This document shows, piece by piece, positions 1 through 13,200 of a stretch of 64,000 nucleotides of DNA; the stretch's first letter is position 1; each line of letters starts with the position of its first letter. The translations under genes and the position numbers were made by a program. This DNA comes from Squalus acanthias (Eukaryota), in the NCBI GenBank assembly GCA_030390025.1, contig CM059433.1, forward strand, positions 25,856,001-25,920,000. The letters run 5' to 3'. Below the pieces are notes generated by a model. It had not been told where the DNA came from. It was given only the letters and a program-made list of their open reading frames with translations, and did not search any database.

Positions 1-443
1 ATCAGCTGGCTGTTGGATCGGAGGATGCAACAGCCAGTCTGTGACCTCTACAATGGAGATGTCGAGGACTCCGGCTCCACAGCGGCTGAAGGCTATAGGT
101 AGAAACAAAGGTAAGTTAACATTTTCTAACACTTTACACTCACCTCACATACTTACCACTCCACACTTTCACCCATCACTCACTTCTACATCACACTTTT
201 AGACCCCTCCGACCCCCGCACACCTCCTACTCACCTCCTACACCCCGGTGGGGTTCCCCCAGGTCGGGAAGCCCGCACTTCAGCACCAAAAATGGGGATA
301 ATCCTATTTTCTGCCTGTTAACTACCTGGCAAGCGGGCATGGAGGCGGGTTGGGGGCAAGTTTGCCACCCGCCCCCAAATTCTGCAATTTTCCGGCAGTC
401 CCATCTCCACACCCGCCTCCTCGAGGCTGAGAAAATCCAGCCC
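1..443 (-). mobile_element. Non-autonomous DNA transposon end (Harbinger-like), cut by the window edge
   Basis: Reverse complement aligns by eye with 47278..47797; ends in ...GAAAATCCAGCCC, a GGG-type terminus like other Harbinger-like ends in this window. Confidence 0.55.
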
Positions 444-957
444 CTGGTTTCGAAACATAAGGGTAGAAATTGCGATACATCTCGCACGTTTTCAGGGTCG
501 GAAATGGGCGCCACAAAGTCAAATTCAGGAGCGTGATGTTACACACCGGAAAAGCGCTGGAAGAGCGGGCAACGCCATATTGATCTGGGCTCTCGATAGG
601 CGTCCCCCGCGGCCACCTGCAACAAATGCTGGCATCATTTAAATATTATAAATTAAATATTATCAGAGCCCTTTTGTGAAATTGGTGTCCATGCGTGCCA
701 GAAACATCATTTCCTTAACCCGCCCAGCACATCATGGCGGGAGCGGGCAGTAAGCAGCTTCAAGAAGTGGTATTTAAAGGGATCCTCACCTCTATTAAGC
801 TAATTCTGTGGTTAGTCATTTTAGCCTGCTTGATCAGGTTTTTGAATCAGGATTTTGGCTGTTTTGACGACTGTTTGGCTGTTAAATAGTTTGGCAAAGT
901 CCATTTGTGGCGGGCTACAACTGTTTCCCTGAATTTTCTTGTTCAGAATTGCTGAAC

Positions 958-2513
958 ATGGGCATGTCGCTGGGCTTACCATTGATGCCCTCAAATGAGA
1001 AGGAGGAGCAGAGGCAAGGAAGGCAGTGAAGACCTGCACAGGCTGCACGAAGAGGGCAGAGGAGGCAAAGGAGCAGGAACGATTATCATACCTGGACCTC
1101 ACAGAAGTGAGGCAGTGTGTAAGGTGGCTGTGTTTCAACAGGGAGACAGTCACTTCCCTGTGCCACCTATTGCAGTGATAGTTGGAACCTAACACCAAGC
1201 CCTGCACTGCACTGCCTGTAGCAGTAACAGTCACCGTGGCTCGAATCTTTATGCCTCTGGCTCCTGCCAAACTGTTTCCTGCGATATCAGCAGCATGAGT
1301 CAGTTTTCTGTACACACGGTGATCTGGTAGGTCACTGATGCACTGTTTGCAGGGCATCAGCAATTCATTATCTTCCCAATAGAGGCTGACCAGCAGGAAG
1401 AAAGAACACTGGGATTTGCCTGCATTGCTGGATTCCCACAGGTGCAGGAGACCATCGACTGCACACACATGGCCCTGTATGCTCCCCATCAGGAACCAGC
1501 TCTGCTCATCAACAGGAAGGGCTCTGATATAATGAAAGCCATGTATCAACAAGGGTTATCATTGAACAAACCATTGGCGTCCTAACAGCAACAAATGTGC
1601 ATTTATATAGCGCCTTTAATGTAGTAAAACGTCCCAAAGGCGCTTCACAGGAGAGTTATCAAACAAAATTTGACAACAAGCCACACAAGGAGATATTAGG
1701 GCAGACCTTGGCCAAAGTCCCAAGTTTTAAGGAGTGTCTTAAAGGAGGAGAGAGAGAGGTAGAGAGGCAGAGAGGTTTAGGTAGGGAAGTTTAGGGCCTA
1801 GGCAGCTGAATTCACGGCTGGCAAGGGGTGATGAGTGAACGGGACTTAGTGCGAGTTAGGATATGGGCAGCTGAGTTTTGGATGAGCTCAAGTTTATGCA
1901 GGGTGGAAGATGGAGGCCGGCCAGGAGAGCATTGAAATAGTCAAGTCTACAGGTAACAAAGGCGTGGATGAGGGTTTGAGCAGCAGATGAGCTGAGGCAG
2001 GGGTGGAGTCAAGCAATGAGACAGACGTGGAAATAGGCGGTCTTAGTGATGACATGGATATATGGTCGGAAGCTCGTCTCGGGGTCAAATACGACACCAA
2101 GGTTGCAGAAGGCCTGGTTCAGCCTCAGACAGTTGCCAGGGAGAGGGATGCAGTCAGTGGCGAGGGAACGGAGTTTGTGGTGGGGACCAGAGACAATGGC
2201 TTCGGTCTTCCCAATATTGAATTGGTGGAAATAAATTTAGTTGGTGCAGCAGTTCCACCATCGAGACAGATTGGGAGGGATTCTTCAGTACAGCCCAGAG
2301 CCAGTCTCATGGTTCATCATCATTTATTGCATGCTCCACAATCTAGCTATTCAAAGGGGAGTTGCCATGGAGATGTTTGAGGAGGAAGAAGTGGAGCAGG
2401 AAGATGAAGTAGGTCATGAAAAACCAGGTGGTGTAGAAGAAGAGCATGGCCTAGCACTAATGCAAGCTGCCAGAACTGTAAGGCAGCAAATTATTGAGGA
2501 AGGAATTTCCTGA
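958..2513 (+). pseudogene. Harbinger (HARBI1-like) DDE transposase pseudogene split by an L2 fragment
   Basis: Manual translation across stops and frameshifts gives ALPVAVTVTVA..YASGS, AGFPQVQETIDCTHMAL, NRKG and STRVIIEQTIGVL; after the insertion, QQFHHRDRLGGILQYSPE..YCMLHNLAIQRG (ORF 2241..2513). Confidence 0.8.
1585..2240 (-). mobile_element. L2-clade LINE 3' fragment
   Basis: Minus strand reads SSSAAQTLIHAFVTCRLDYFNALLAG (L2 RT C-terminal region) and ends in AAAGGCGCTATATAAATGCAC plus a (TTG)-like tail. Confidence 0.75.
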
Positions 2514-3014
2514 ACGATCCCTCCCCTGCCCAGAGCACCAACACTACCTTCTTCCATTTGACCTAGTCCTGATCCCCACCATATCAATCCCCTCAAACCG
2601 TACAACTTATATGTTCCTTGTAGATCAACAAGATTATAAAGACCAACAGCTTTACTTCGCTATTCCGAAGGACTCCATTTTTGATTTGACAAATGGTTAC
2701 ATGACTGATGCCCATCTACAAATCACCTTTGTGCAAGCCCTCTTAGTGCCTATCTTGTGTGCTCAGTTACCTATTCCAGTGCTCCTGCGAGGTGGTTTTT
2801 CAGTGGCTGCACTTGGGTGTTTCAGACTGCCGGGCCTCAGCTTCGGACGGGGCAGTATTGTTTCCTGTCAACACTAATGAATGGAATAGACCTACAAGAG
2901 ATAAAACAATATCATCGGGACATGAAACAGCCTTCAGAACAGAGCATGACCAGAGCTGAGGAACAAGAGGAACAATGCGACAAACCTATTTATTAATGAA
3001 AATCGACAACATAC

Positions 3015-4103
3015 TACAACTGTCTCAACCGATAATGGGCAACCCATTGCACCACTACTGTCTCAACCGATAATGGACAGCCCATTACACCACTACTGCC
3101 ACAACCGATAATGGACAAGCCATTACACCACTACTGTCTCAACCGATAATGGACAAGCCATTGCACCACTACTGTCTCAACCGATAATGGACAACCCATT
3201 GCACCACTACTGTCTCAACCGATAATGGACAAGCCATTACACCACTACTGTCTCAACCGATAATGGACAACCCATTGCACCACTACTGTCTCAACCGATA
3301 ATGGACAACCCATTGCACCACTACTGCCACAACCGATAATGGACAAGCCATTGCACCACTACTGTCTCAACTGATAATGGACAACCCATTGCACCACTAC
3401 TGTCTCAACCAATAATGGACAAGCCATTGCACCACTACTGTCTCAACCGATAATGGACAAGCCCATTGCACCACTACTGTCTCAACCAATAATGGACAAC
3501 CCATTGCACCACTACTGTCTCAACCAATAATGGACAAGCCCATTGCACCACTACTGCCACAACCGATAATGGACAGCCCATTACACCACTACTGTCTCAA
3601 CTGATAATGGACAGCCCATTGCACCACTACTGTCTCAACCGATAATGGACAGCCCATTGCACCACTACTGTCTCAACTGATAACGGGCAACCCATAACAC
3701 CACTGCTGCCACAACCGATAATGGACAAGCCATTGCACCACTACTGTCTCAACCGATAATGGACAGCCCATTGCACCACTACTGTCTCAACTGATAACGG
3801 GCAACCCATTACACCACTACTGCCACAACCGATAATGGACAAGCCATTGCACCACTACTGCCACAACCGATAATGGACAAGCCATTGCACCACTACTGCC
3901 ACAACCGATAATGGACAAGCCATTGCACCACTACTGTCTCAACCGATAATGGACAGCCCATTACACCACTGCTGCCACAACCGATAATGGACAAGCCATT
4001 GCACCACTATTGTCTCAACCGATAATGGACAGCCCATTACACCACTACTGTCTCAACCGATAATGGACAACCCATACATCACTGCTGTCTCAACTGATAA
4101 TAG
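3015..4103. repeat. 38-bp minisatellite, ~28 copies (CACTACTGTCTCAACCGATAATGGACAACCCATTGCAC)
   Basis: Unit starts at 3243 and 3281 (period 38, occasionally 39); contiguous, no spacers. Confidence 0.95.
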
Positions 4104-4895
4104 ACACAGAACTCCAAATGAATGACAATTGATGAACTGAGCAATTTTCTGAATGATGGCTAAAACAAAAAGACTTGGGAAGAAATTAGAAATGGGATCC
4201 CAATCCTCTCTGACGACCTTCAATTCATACTTGAAAACAGTACATGCAATATCTCCAGCAAAATTCAATATTATTTAACAAAATAATTCATACAAGAGAG
4301 AGATGAGATGTTCCAGAATTTAAATCACACACACAATGATCCATTTTTTAAAGCATTGAGAGACACCTCCACACAGACACCAAATTATCTAATGAGGTTT
4401 CATTAAATCAAGACAACAGCAACTTAAATAAAAGAAACATGATCAAAATACTTCTAAAAGAATTACAGGTTTAGTCATAGATAAATTATCCACAGCAGAA
4501 GAACTCAGGCATTATAATCTACAAGCACAAATTAACACAATGTAGCTGATACTTTGGTATGTGAGGTGTTAAAGGATGACAATGTTCCTAACAATAGAGA
4601 TAAAAATGGGCAAGACTGCATGGAATACAAACTTAAATGACAACTTCTTGTACAAATACAACAGGCACACATGCAAATCATGAGCTCCTGCAAAAGAAAA
4701 GAAATAGACCTGGTTTAAGAACCAGAATATACAACAACAGATGACATTCCTTTGTGTTTCCTTTGAAATGTCAAAAATCCTAAACCGAAGATTGGTATCC
4801 GAAAACAGCCTGAGGCACTGAATAACATTACAAAACATTATCACAAAATCTCAATTACAAACCTACAGAAAGATAACAGACAGTTGACAAGCTTC

Positions 4896-5291
4896 TAGAA
4901 TCATGGAATCATACAGCACAAAAGGAGGCCATTCAGCCCATTACACCTGTGCCGGCTCTTTGAAAGAGCTCTCCAATTAGTCCCATTTCCCTGCCCTATC
5001 TCCACAGAACAGCAATTTTTTCCCCTTCAATCATTTATCGAATTCCTTTTTGAAAGATATTATTCAACATGCTTCCACCACCCTTTCAGGCAGTGCATTA
5101 CAGATCACAACAATTTACTGCTTAAAAAAAATTCTCCTCATCTCTCCTCTGGTTATTTTGCCATTTACCTAAAATCTGTGTTCTCTGGTTATTGACCCTT
5201 CTGCCATTGGAAACAATTTATCCTTACTTACTCTATCAAAACCCTTCATGATTTTGAACACCTCTATTAAATTTCCCCACAGCCTTCTCTG
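4896..5291 (-). mobile_element. CR1 LINE, outer element, 3' part (continues at 9388..10200)
   Basis: CR1 3' UTR with an (ATTCYATG)-like tail; coding sequence RRLWGNLIEVFKIMKGFDRV breaks at 5291 and resumes at 9388. Confidence 0.85.
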
Positions 5292-6859
5292 AACGTAAGA
5301 ACATAAGAAATAGGAGCAAGAGTGGGCCATTCGGCCCTTCGAACCTGCTCCGCCATTTAATAAGATCATGGCTGATCTTCTACTCATCTCCACTTTCCTG
5401 CACTATCCCCATATCCCTTGATTCCCTTAATATTCAAAAATCTATCGATCTCTGAATATACTCAACGACTGAGCCTCCACAGCCCTCTGTGGTAGAGAAT
5501 TCCAAAGATTCACCACCCTCTGAGTGAAGACATTTTTCCTTATCTCAGTCCTAAATGGCCGACCCCTTATTCTGAGACTGTGACCCCTGGTTCTAGACTC
5601 CCCAGCCAGGGGAAACATCCTCCCTGCCATCTACCCTGTCAAGTCCTGTAAGAATTTTCTATGTTTCAATGAGATCACCTCTCATTCTTCTAAACTCTAG
5701 AGAATATAGGCCTAATTTACTCAATCTCACCTCATAGGACAATCCCCCCATCCCAGGAACCAGTCTGGTGAACCTTCATTGCACTCCCTCTATGGCAAGT
5801 ATATACTTCCTTAGGTAAGGAGACCAAAACTAAACGCAATACTCCAGGTGTGGTCTCACCAGGGCCCTATTTAATTGCATTAAGACATCTTTACTCTTAT
5901 ACTCAAATCCTCTTGTAATAAAGACCAACATACCATTTGCTTTCCTAATTGCTTGCTGTACTTGCATGTTAATTTCAGTGATTCGTGTACAAGGACACCC
6001 AGGTCCCTCTGAACACCAATATTTCCCAATCTCTCACCATTAAAAAATACTCTGCTTTTCTATTTTTCCTATCAATGTGGATAACTTCACATTTCTCCAC
6101 ATTATATTCCATTTGCCATGTTCTTGCCCACTCACTTAGCCTGTCTATATCCCCTTGAAGCCTCTTTGCATCCTCCTCACAACTTACATTCCCACCCAGC
6201 TTTGTATCATCAGCAAACTTGGATATATTATATTTGATCCCCTCAACCAAATCATTGATGTAGATTGTGAATAGGTGAGGCCCAAGCACTGATCCTTGCG
6301 GTACCCCACTAGTTACAGCCTGCCAACCTGAAAATGAACCGTTTATTCCTACTCTCTGGTTTCTGTCCATTAACCAATCCTCAATCCATGTTAGTATATT
6401 ACCCCCAATCACATGAGCCCTAATTTTGTTTAATAACCTCTTGTGTGGCACCTTATCGAATGCCTTCTGAAAATCCAAATACACCACATCCATTGGTTCC
6501 CCCTTATCTGTTCTGCTAGTTACAGCCTCAAAAATCTCTAACAGATTTGTCAAACACGATTTCTCTTTCATAAATCCGTGTTGACTCTGCCCAATCCTAT
6601 TATTATTTTCTAAGTGCCCTGTTACCACGTCCTTAATAATAGATTCTAGCATTTTCCCTACTACTGATGTCAGACTAACTGGTCTGTAGTTCCCTCCTTT
6701 CTTAAATAGTGGGGTTACATTTGCTACCTTCCAATCTGCGGGAACTGTTCTAGAATCTATGGAATTTTGGAAAATGACAACCAATGCATCCACTATCTCT
6801 ATAGTCACCTCTTTCAAAACCCTAGGATGTAGGCCATCAGGTCCAGGGGATTTATCAGA
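5292..6859 (-). mobile_element. CR1 LINE, middle element, RT and 3' UTR (continues at 9110..9387)
   Basis: (TTCTTATG) tail at ~5292; ORF 5975..6955 has DKSPGPDG, NYRPVSLTS, YLDFQKAFDKVPH, GVPQGSVLGP and KFADDTKL. Confidence 0.9.
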
Positions 6860-9109
6860 ATCATAGAAATTTACAGCACAGAAGGAGGCCATTCGGCCCA
6901 TCTTGTCCGTGCCGGCCGACAAAGAGCTATCCACCCTAATCCCACTTTCCAGCACTTGGTCCGTAGCCTTGTAAGTTACGGCACTTCAAGTGCATATCCA
7001 AGTACTTTTTAAATATGATGAGGGTTTCTGCCTCTACCACCCTTTCAGGCAGTGAGTTCCCAACCCCCACCACCCTCTGGGTGAAAAAATGTATCTTCAA
7101 AATCCCCTCTAAGCCTCCTACCAATTACTTTAAATCTATGCCCCCTGGTTATTGACCCCTCTGCTAAGGGAAATAAGTCCTTCCTATCCACTCTATCTAG
7201 GCCCCTCATAATTTTGTACACCTCAATTAGGTCTCCCCTCAGCTTCCTCTGTTCCAAAGAAAACAACCCCAGCCTATCCAATCTTTCCTCATAGCTAAAA
7301 TTCCCCAGCCGAGGCAACATCCTCATAAATCTCCTCTGCACCCTCTCTAGTGCAATCACATCCTTCCTGTAATGTGGTGACCAGAACCGCACGCAGTATT
7401 CTAGCTGCGGCCTAACTAGCGTTTTATACAGTTCAAGCATAACCTCCCTGCTCTTGTAGTCTATGTCTCAGCTAATAAAGGCAAATATCCCGTATGCCTT
7501 CTTAACCACCTTATCTACCTGTCCTGCTACCTTCAGGGATCTGTGGACATGCACTCCAAGGTCACTCTGATCCTCTGCACTTCTCAGTGTCCTACTATTT
7601 ATTGTGTATTCCCTTGCCTTGTTAGCCCTCCCCAAATGCATTACCTCACACTTCTCCAGTTTGAATTCCATTTGCCACTGTTCTGCCCACCAGACCAGTC
7701 CATTGATATCTTCCTGCAGTCTATACCTTTCTTCTTCATTATCCACCACACGGCCAACTTTTGTATCATCTGCAAACTTCTTAATCATACTTCCTACATT
7801 CAAGTCCAAATCATTGATATATAACACAAAAAGCAGAGGACCCAGTACTGAGCCCTGTGGAACCCCACTAGAAACAACCTTCCAGTCACAAAAACACCCT
7901 TCGACCATTACCCTTTGTTTCCTGCCTCTGAGCCAATTTTGGATCCAACTTGCCACTTTGCCTTGGATCCCATGGGCTTTTACTTTCATGACCAGTCTGC
8001 CATGCGGGACCTTATCAAAAGCCTTGATAAAATCCATTTAAACTACATCAAATGCACTACCCTAATCGACCCTCCTTGTTACCTCCTCAAAAAATTCAAT
8101 CAAGTTAGTCAGACACGACCTTCCCTTAACAAATCCATGCTGACTGTCCCTGATTAATCCGTGTCTTTCTAAATGAAGATTTATCCTGTCCCTCAGAATT
8201 TTTTCCAATAATTTCCCACCACCGAGGTTAGGCTGACTGGCCTGTAATTACTCGGTCTATCCTTTTCTCCCTTTTTAAACAACGGTACAACGTTAGCAGT
8301 CCTCCAGTCCTCCGGCACCGCACCTGTAGCCAGAGAGGATTGGTAAATGATGGTCAGAGCCTCTGCTATTTCCTCTCTTATTTCTCTTAACAGTCTGGGA
8401 TACATTTCATCCGGGCCAGGGGATTTATCCACTCTCAAAGATGCTAGACCCCTTAATACTTCCTCTTTCAATATGTTCATTTTATCTAATATTTCACACT
8501 CCTCCTCCCTGATTGCAATGTCTGCATCGTCCCTCTCTTTTGTGAAAACAGATGCTAGATATTCATTAAGAACCACACCCATGTCTTCCACCTCCACACA
8601 CAGGCTACCTTTATGGTCCCTAACAGGCCCTACTCTTACTTTAGTTATCCTCTTGCTCTTAATGTATTTATAAAACATCATTGGGTTTTCCTTGATTTTA
8701 CTTGCCAATATTTTATCATGCCCTCTCTTTGCTTTCCTAATTTCCTTTTTAATTTCACCTCTGCACTTTCTATACTCCTCTAGGGTTTCTGCAGTATTGA
8801 GTCCTCGGTATCTGTCATAAGCTTCCCTTTTTTTCTTTATCCTACCCTGTATGCCCCTTGACATCCAGGGAGCTCTAGATTTGTTAGTCCCACCCTTTTT
8901 CTTTAAGGGAACATATTTGCTCTGAACCCTCATTATCTCCTCCTTGAATGCCTCCCACTGCTCCAACACTGATTTACCTTCAAGTTTCTGTCTCCAGTCC
9001 ACTTTGGCTAAATCACATCACAGCTTTGTAAAATTCGCTTTTCCCCAATCGAGAACTTTTATTCCTGGTACATCCTTGTCCTTTTTCATAACTACTCTAA
9101 ATCTAACTG
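6860..9109 (-). mobile_element. CR1 LINE, inner 5'-truncated element with frameshifted ORF2
   Basis: ORFs 8193..9002, 7468..8037 and 7045..7440 are consecutive CR1 ORF2 pieces (KAFDKVPHGRL, FADDTK, LVRPQLEYC); 3' tail at ~6857..6870. Confidence 0.9.
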
Positions 9110-9387
9110 AGATTTCAGTCCCATTAATTTCTCCAGTACTTTTTTTTTACTAATACTAATTTCTTTCAGTTCCTCATTCTCGCTAGACCCCTGGTTCTCC
9201 ACTATTTCCGGGAAATTTTTTGCGTCTTCTTCTGTGAAGACAGACACAAAGCATTTGTTTAATTTCTCAGCCATTTCCTTATTCCCCATTATAAATTCTC
9301 CTGTCTCAGCCTGTAAGGGACCCACATTTACTTTCGCTAATCTTTTCCTTTTTACATACCTATAGAAGCTTTTACAGTCCTATTTTT
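9110..9387 (-). mobile_element. CR1 LINE, middle element, upstream part
   Basis: ORF 9092..9325 ...KVLEKLMGLKS joins in frame to DKSPGPDG at 6859 once the inner element is removed. Confidence 0.85.
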
Positions 9388-10200
9388 AGGAGAACAACCC
9401 CAGCTTCTCTAGTCTATCCATGTAACTAAAGTTCCTCCTCCCTGGTTCTATTCCAGTAAACCTTCTCTGCATCCTCTCCAAGGCCTTGACATCCTTCCTA
9501 AAATGTGGTGCCCAGAACTGGACACAATACTCCAGCTGGGGCCTAACAAGTGATTTATAAAGGTTTAGCATAACTACCTTGCTTTTGTACTCTATGCCTC
9601 TGTTTATAAAGCCAAGGATCCCATATGCTTTTTTAACAGCCTTCTCAACATGTCATTCGACCTTCAAAGATTTGTGTATGTACACCCCAGGTCGCTTTGT
9701 TCATGCACCCGCTTTAAAATTGATTGTAGCATTTAGTTTACATTGTCTCTCCTCAATCGTATCACCAAAATGCATCACTTCACACTTCTCCGTATTAAAT
9801 TGCATCTGCCATGTGTCTGCCCAGTTCACCAGTCTGTCTATGACCTCCTGATGTCATTTCTATCCTCCTCACTATTTACTACATTTCTGAGTTTCGCGTC
9901 AACTACAAATTTTGAAATTATACATACCCAAGTCCAGGTCATTAATATATATCAAAAAGAGCAGTGGTCCAAATACCGACCCCTTGGGGAACACCACTGT
10001 GTACTTCCCTCCAGTCTGAAAAACAACCGTTCACCACTACACACTGCTTTCTATCTCAGAGCCAATTTCTTTAGCTGCCACTGTCACTTTAATACAATGA
10101 GCTTCAATTATGCTAACAAGTCTATTATTTGGCATTGTATCAAATGCCTTTTGAAAGTCCATATACACAACAGCAACTGCAATACCTTCATCAACCCTCT
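9388..10200 (-). mobile_element. CR1 LINE, outer element, RT part; truncated at the satellite boundary
   Basis: LVRPQLEYCVQFWAPH...DRLEKLGLFS (9386..9571) and VYMDFQKAFD near 10140..10170. Confidence 0.85.
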
Positions 10201-10212
10201 ACGTTGAAGAAC

Positions 10213-13200
10213 TCTGTTACACTATAAGAGTACACACCCTCGACAATCGGTTACAATGTAAATGCCCCTCGGTTACAGTGTAAGAGGACACGCCCCTGGA
10301 TTACAGTGTAAGAGGACACGCCCCTGGATTACAGTGTAAGAGGACACGCCCCTGGATTACAGTGTAAGAGGACACGCCCCTGGGTTACAGTGTAAGAGGT
10401 AACGCCCCTGGGTTACAGTGTAGGAGGACACGCCCCTGGGTTACAGTGTAAGAGGACACGCCCCTGGGTTACAGTGTAAGTGGACACGCCCCTCGGTTAC
10501 AGTGTAAGAGGACACGCCCCTGGGTTACAGTGTAAGAGGTCACGCCCCTCGGTTACAGTGTAAGAGGACACGCCCCTCGGTTACAGTGTAAGAGGTCACG
10601 CCCCTGGTTACAGTGTAAGAGGACACGCCCCTCGGTTACAGTGTAAGAGGACACGCCCCTTGGTTACATTTTATGAGGACACGCCCCTCGGTTACAGTGT
10701 CAGAGGACACGCCCCTCAGTTACAGTGTTAGAGGACACACCCCTGGGTTACAGTGTCAGATTACAGGCCCCTCGGTTACATGTAAGAGGACACGCCCCTC
10801 GGTTAAATGTAAGAGGACACGCCCCTGGGTTACAGTGTAAGAGGACACGCCCCTGGGTTACAGTGTAAGAGGACACGCCCCTCGGTTACATGTAAGAGGA
10901 CACGCCCCTCAGTTACATGTAAGAGGACACGCCCCTCGGTTACATGTAAGAGGACACGACCCTCAGTTACAGTGTAAGAGGACACGCTCCTCGGTTACAG
11001 TGTAAGAGGACACGCCCCTCGGTTACATGTAAGAGGACACGCCCCTCAGTTACATGTAAGAGGACACGCCCCTCGGTTACATGTAAGAGGACACGACCCT
11101 CAGTTACAGTGTAAGAGGACACGCTCCTCGGTTACAGTGTAAGAGGACACGTCCCTGGGTTACAGTGTAAGAGGACACGGCCCTCGGTTACAGTGTAAGA
11201 GGACACGCCCCTGGGTTACAGTGTAAGAAGACACGCCCCTGGGTTACAGAGTAAGAGGGCACGCCCCTGGGTTACAGTGTAAGAGGACACGCCCCTGGGT
11301 TACAGTGTAAGAAGACACGCCCCTGGGTTACAGAGTAAGAGGGCACGCCCCTGGGTTACAGAGTAAGAGGACATGCCCCTGGGTTACAGAGTAAGAGGGC
11401 ACGCCCCTGGGTTACAGAGTAAGAGGGCACGCCCCTGGGTTACAGAGTAAGAGGACATGCCCCTGGGTTACAGTGTAAGAGGACACGCCCCTCGGTTACA
11501 GTGTAAGACGACACGCCCCTGGATTACAGTGTAAGAGGACACGCCCCTCGGTTACAGTGTAAGAGGACACGCCCCTGGGTTACAGTGTAAGAGGACACGC
11601 CCCTCGGTTACAGTGTAAGAGGACACGCCCCTGGGTTACAGTGTAAGAGGACACGCCCCTCGGTTACAGTGTAAGGGGACACGCCCCTCGGTTACAGTTT
11701 AAGAGGACATGCCCCTGGGTTACAGTGTAAGGGGTAACGACCCTGGGTTACAGTGTAAGATGACACGCCCCTCAGTTACAGTGCAAGAGGACACGACGCT
11801 GGGTTACAGTTTAAGAGGACACGCCCCTCGGTTACAGTGTCAGAGGACACGGCCCTCGGTTACAGTGTAAGAGGACACGCCCCTCAGTTACAGTGTCAGA
11901 GGACACGCCCCTCGGTTACAGTGTAAGAGGACACGCCCCTCGGTTTCATTTTATGAGGACACGCCCCTCGGTTACAGTGTCAGAGGACACGCCCCTCAGT
12001 TACAGTGTCAGAGGACACACCCCTGGGTTACAGTGTAAGAGGACACGCCCCTCGGTTACATGTAATAGGACACGCCCCTCGGTTAAATGTAAGAGGACAC
12101 GCCCCTGGGTTACAGTGTAAGAGGACACGCCCCTGGGTTACAGTGTAAGAGGACACGCCCCTGGGTTACAGTGTAAGAGGACACGCCCCTGGGTTACAGT
12201 GTAAGAGGACACGCCCCTCGGTTACATGTAAGTGGACACGCCCCTCGGTTACATGTAAGAGGACACGCCCCTCGGTTACATGTAAGAGGACACGCCCCTC
12301 GGTTACATGTAAGAGGACACGACCCTCAGTTACAGTGTAAGAGGATACGCCCCTCGGTTACAGTGTAAGAGGACACGCCCCTGGGTTACAGTGTAAGAGG
12401 ACACGCCCCTCGGTTACATGTAAGAGGACACGCCCCTCGGTTACATGTAAGAGGACACGCCCCTCAGTTACAGTGTAAGAGGACACGCCCCTCGGTTACA
12501 GTGTAAGAGGACACGCCCCACGTTTACAGTGTAAGAGGACACGCCCCTCGGTTACAGTGTAAGAGGACACACCCCTCAGTTACAGTGTAAGAGGACACGC
12601 CCCTCGGTTACATGTAAGAGGACACGCCCCTGGGTTACAGTGTAAGAAGACACGCCCCTGGGTTACAGTGTAAGGGGACACGCCCCTCGGTTACTACGTA
12701 AGAGGACACGCCCCTCGGTTACAGTGTAAGAGGACACGCCCCTCGGTTACATGTAATAGGACACGCCCCTCGGTTACAGTGTCAGAGGACACGCCCCTGG
12801 GTTACAGTGTAAGAGGACACGCCCCTGGGTTACAGTGTAAGAGGACACGCCCCTGGGTTACAGTGTAAGAGGACACGCCCCTGGGTTACAGTGTAAGAGG
12901 ACACGCCCCTCGGTTACATGTAAGAGGACACGCCCCTCGGTTACATGTAAGAGGACACGCCCCTCGGTTACATGTAAGAGGACACGCCCCTCGGTTACAT
13001 GTAAGAGGACACGACCCTCAGTTACAGTGTAAGAGGACACGCCCCTCGGTTACATGTAAGAGGACACGCCCCTGGGTTACAGTGTAAGAGGACACGCCCC
13101 TGGGTTACAGTGTAAGAAGACACGCCCCTGGGTTACAGTGTAAGGGGACACGCCCCTCGGTTACTACGTAAGAGGACACGCCCCTCGGTTACAGTGTAAG

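Larger units (their letters stand above)
461..2860 (+). mobile_element. PIF/Harbinger DNA transposon remnant; right end not resolved
   Basis: TAA at 458..460 precedes the terminus GGGTAGAAATTG; contains a decayed HARBI1-like transposase. Confidence 0.7.

Noticed and set aside
3015..4103. CRISPR-like 38-bp repeat with internal palindrome
   Set aside because: No spacers; an ordinary tandem minisatellite.
5975..6955. 326-aa RT ORF with a novel N-terminus
   Set aside because: Chimeric artefact: the first ~33 residues are the inner CR1's 3' UTR read into the middle CR1's RT.
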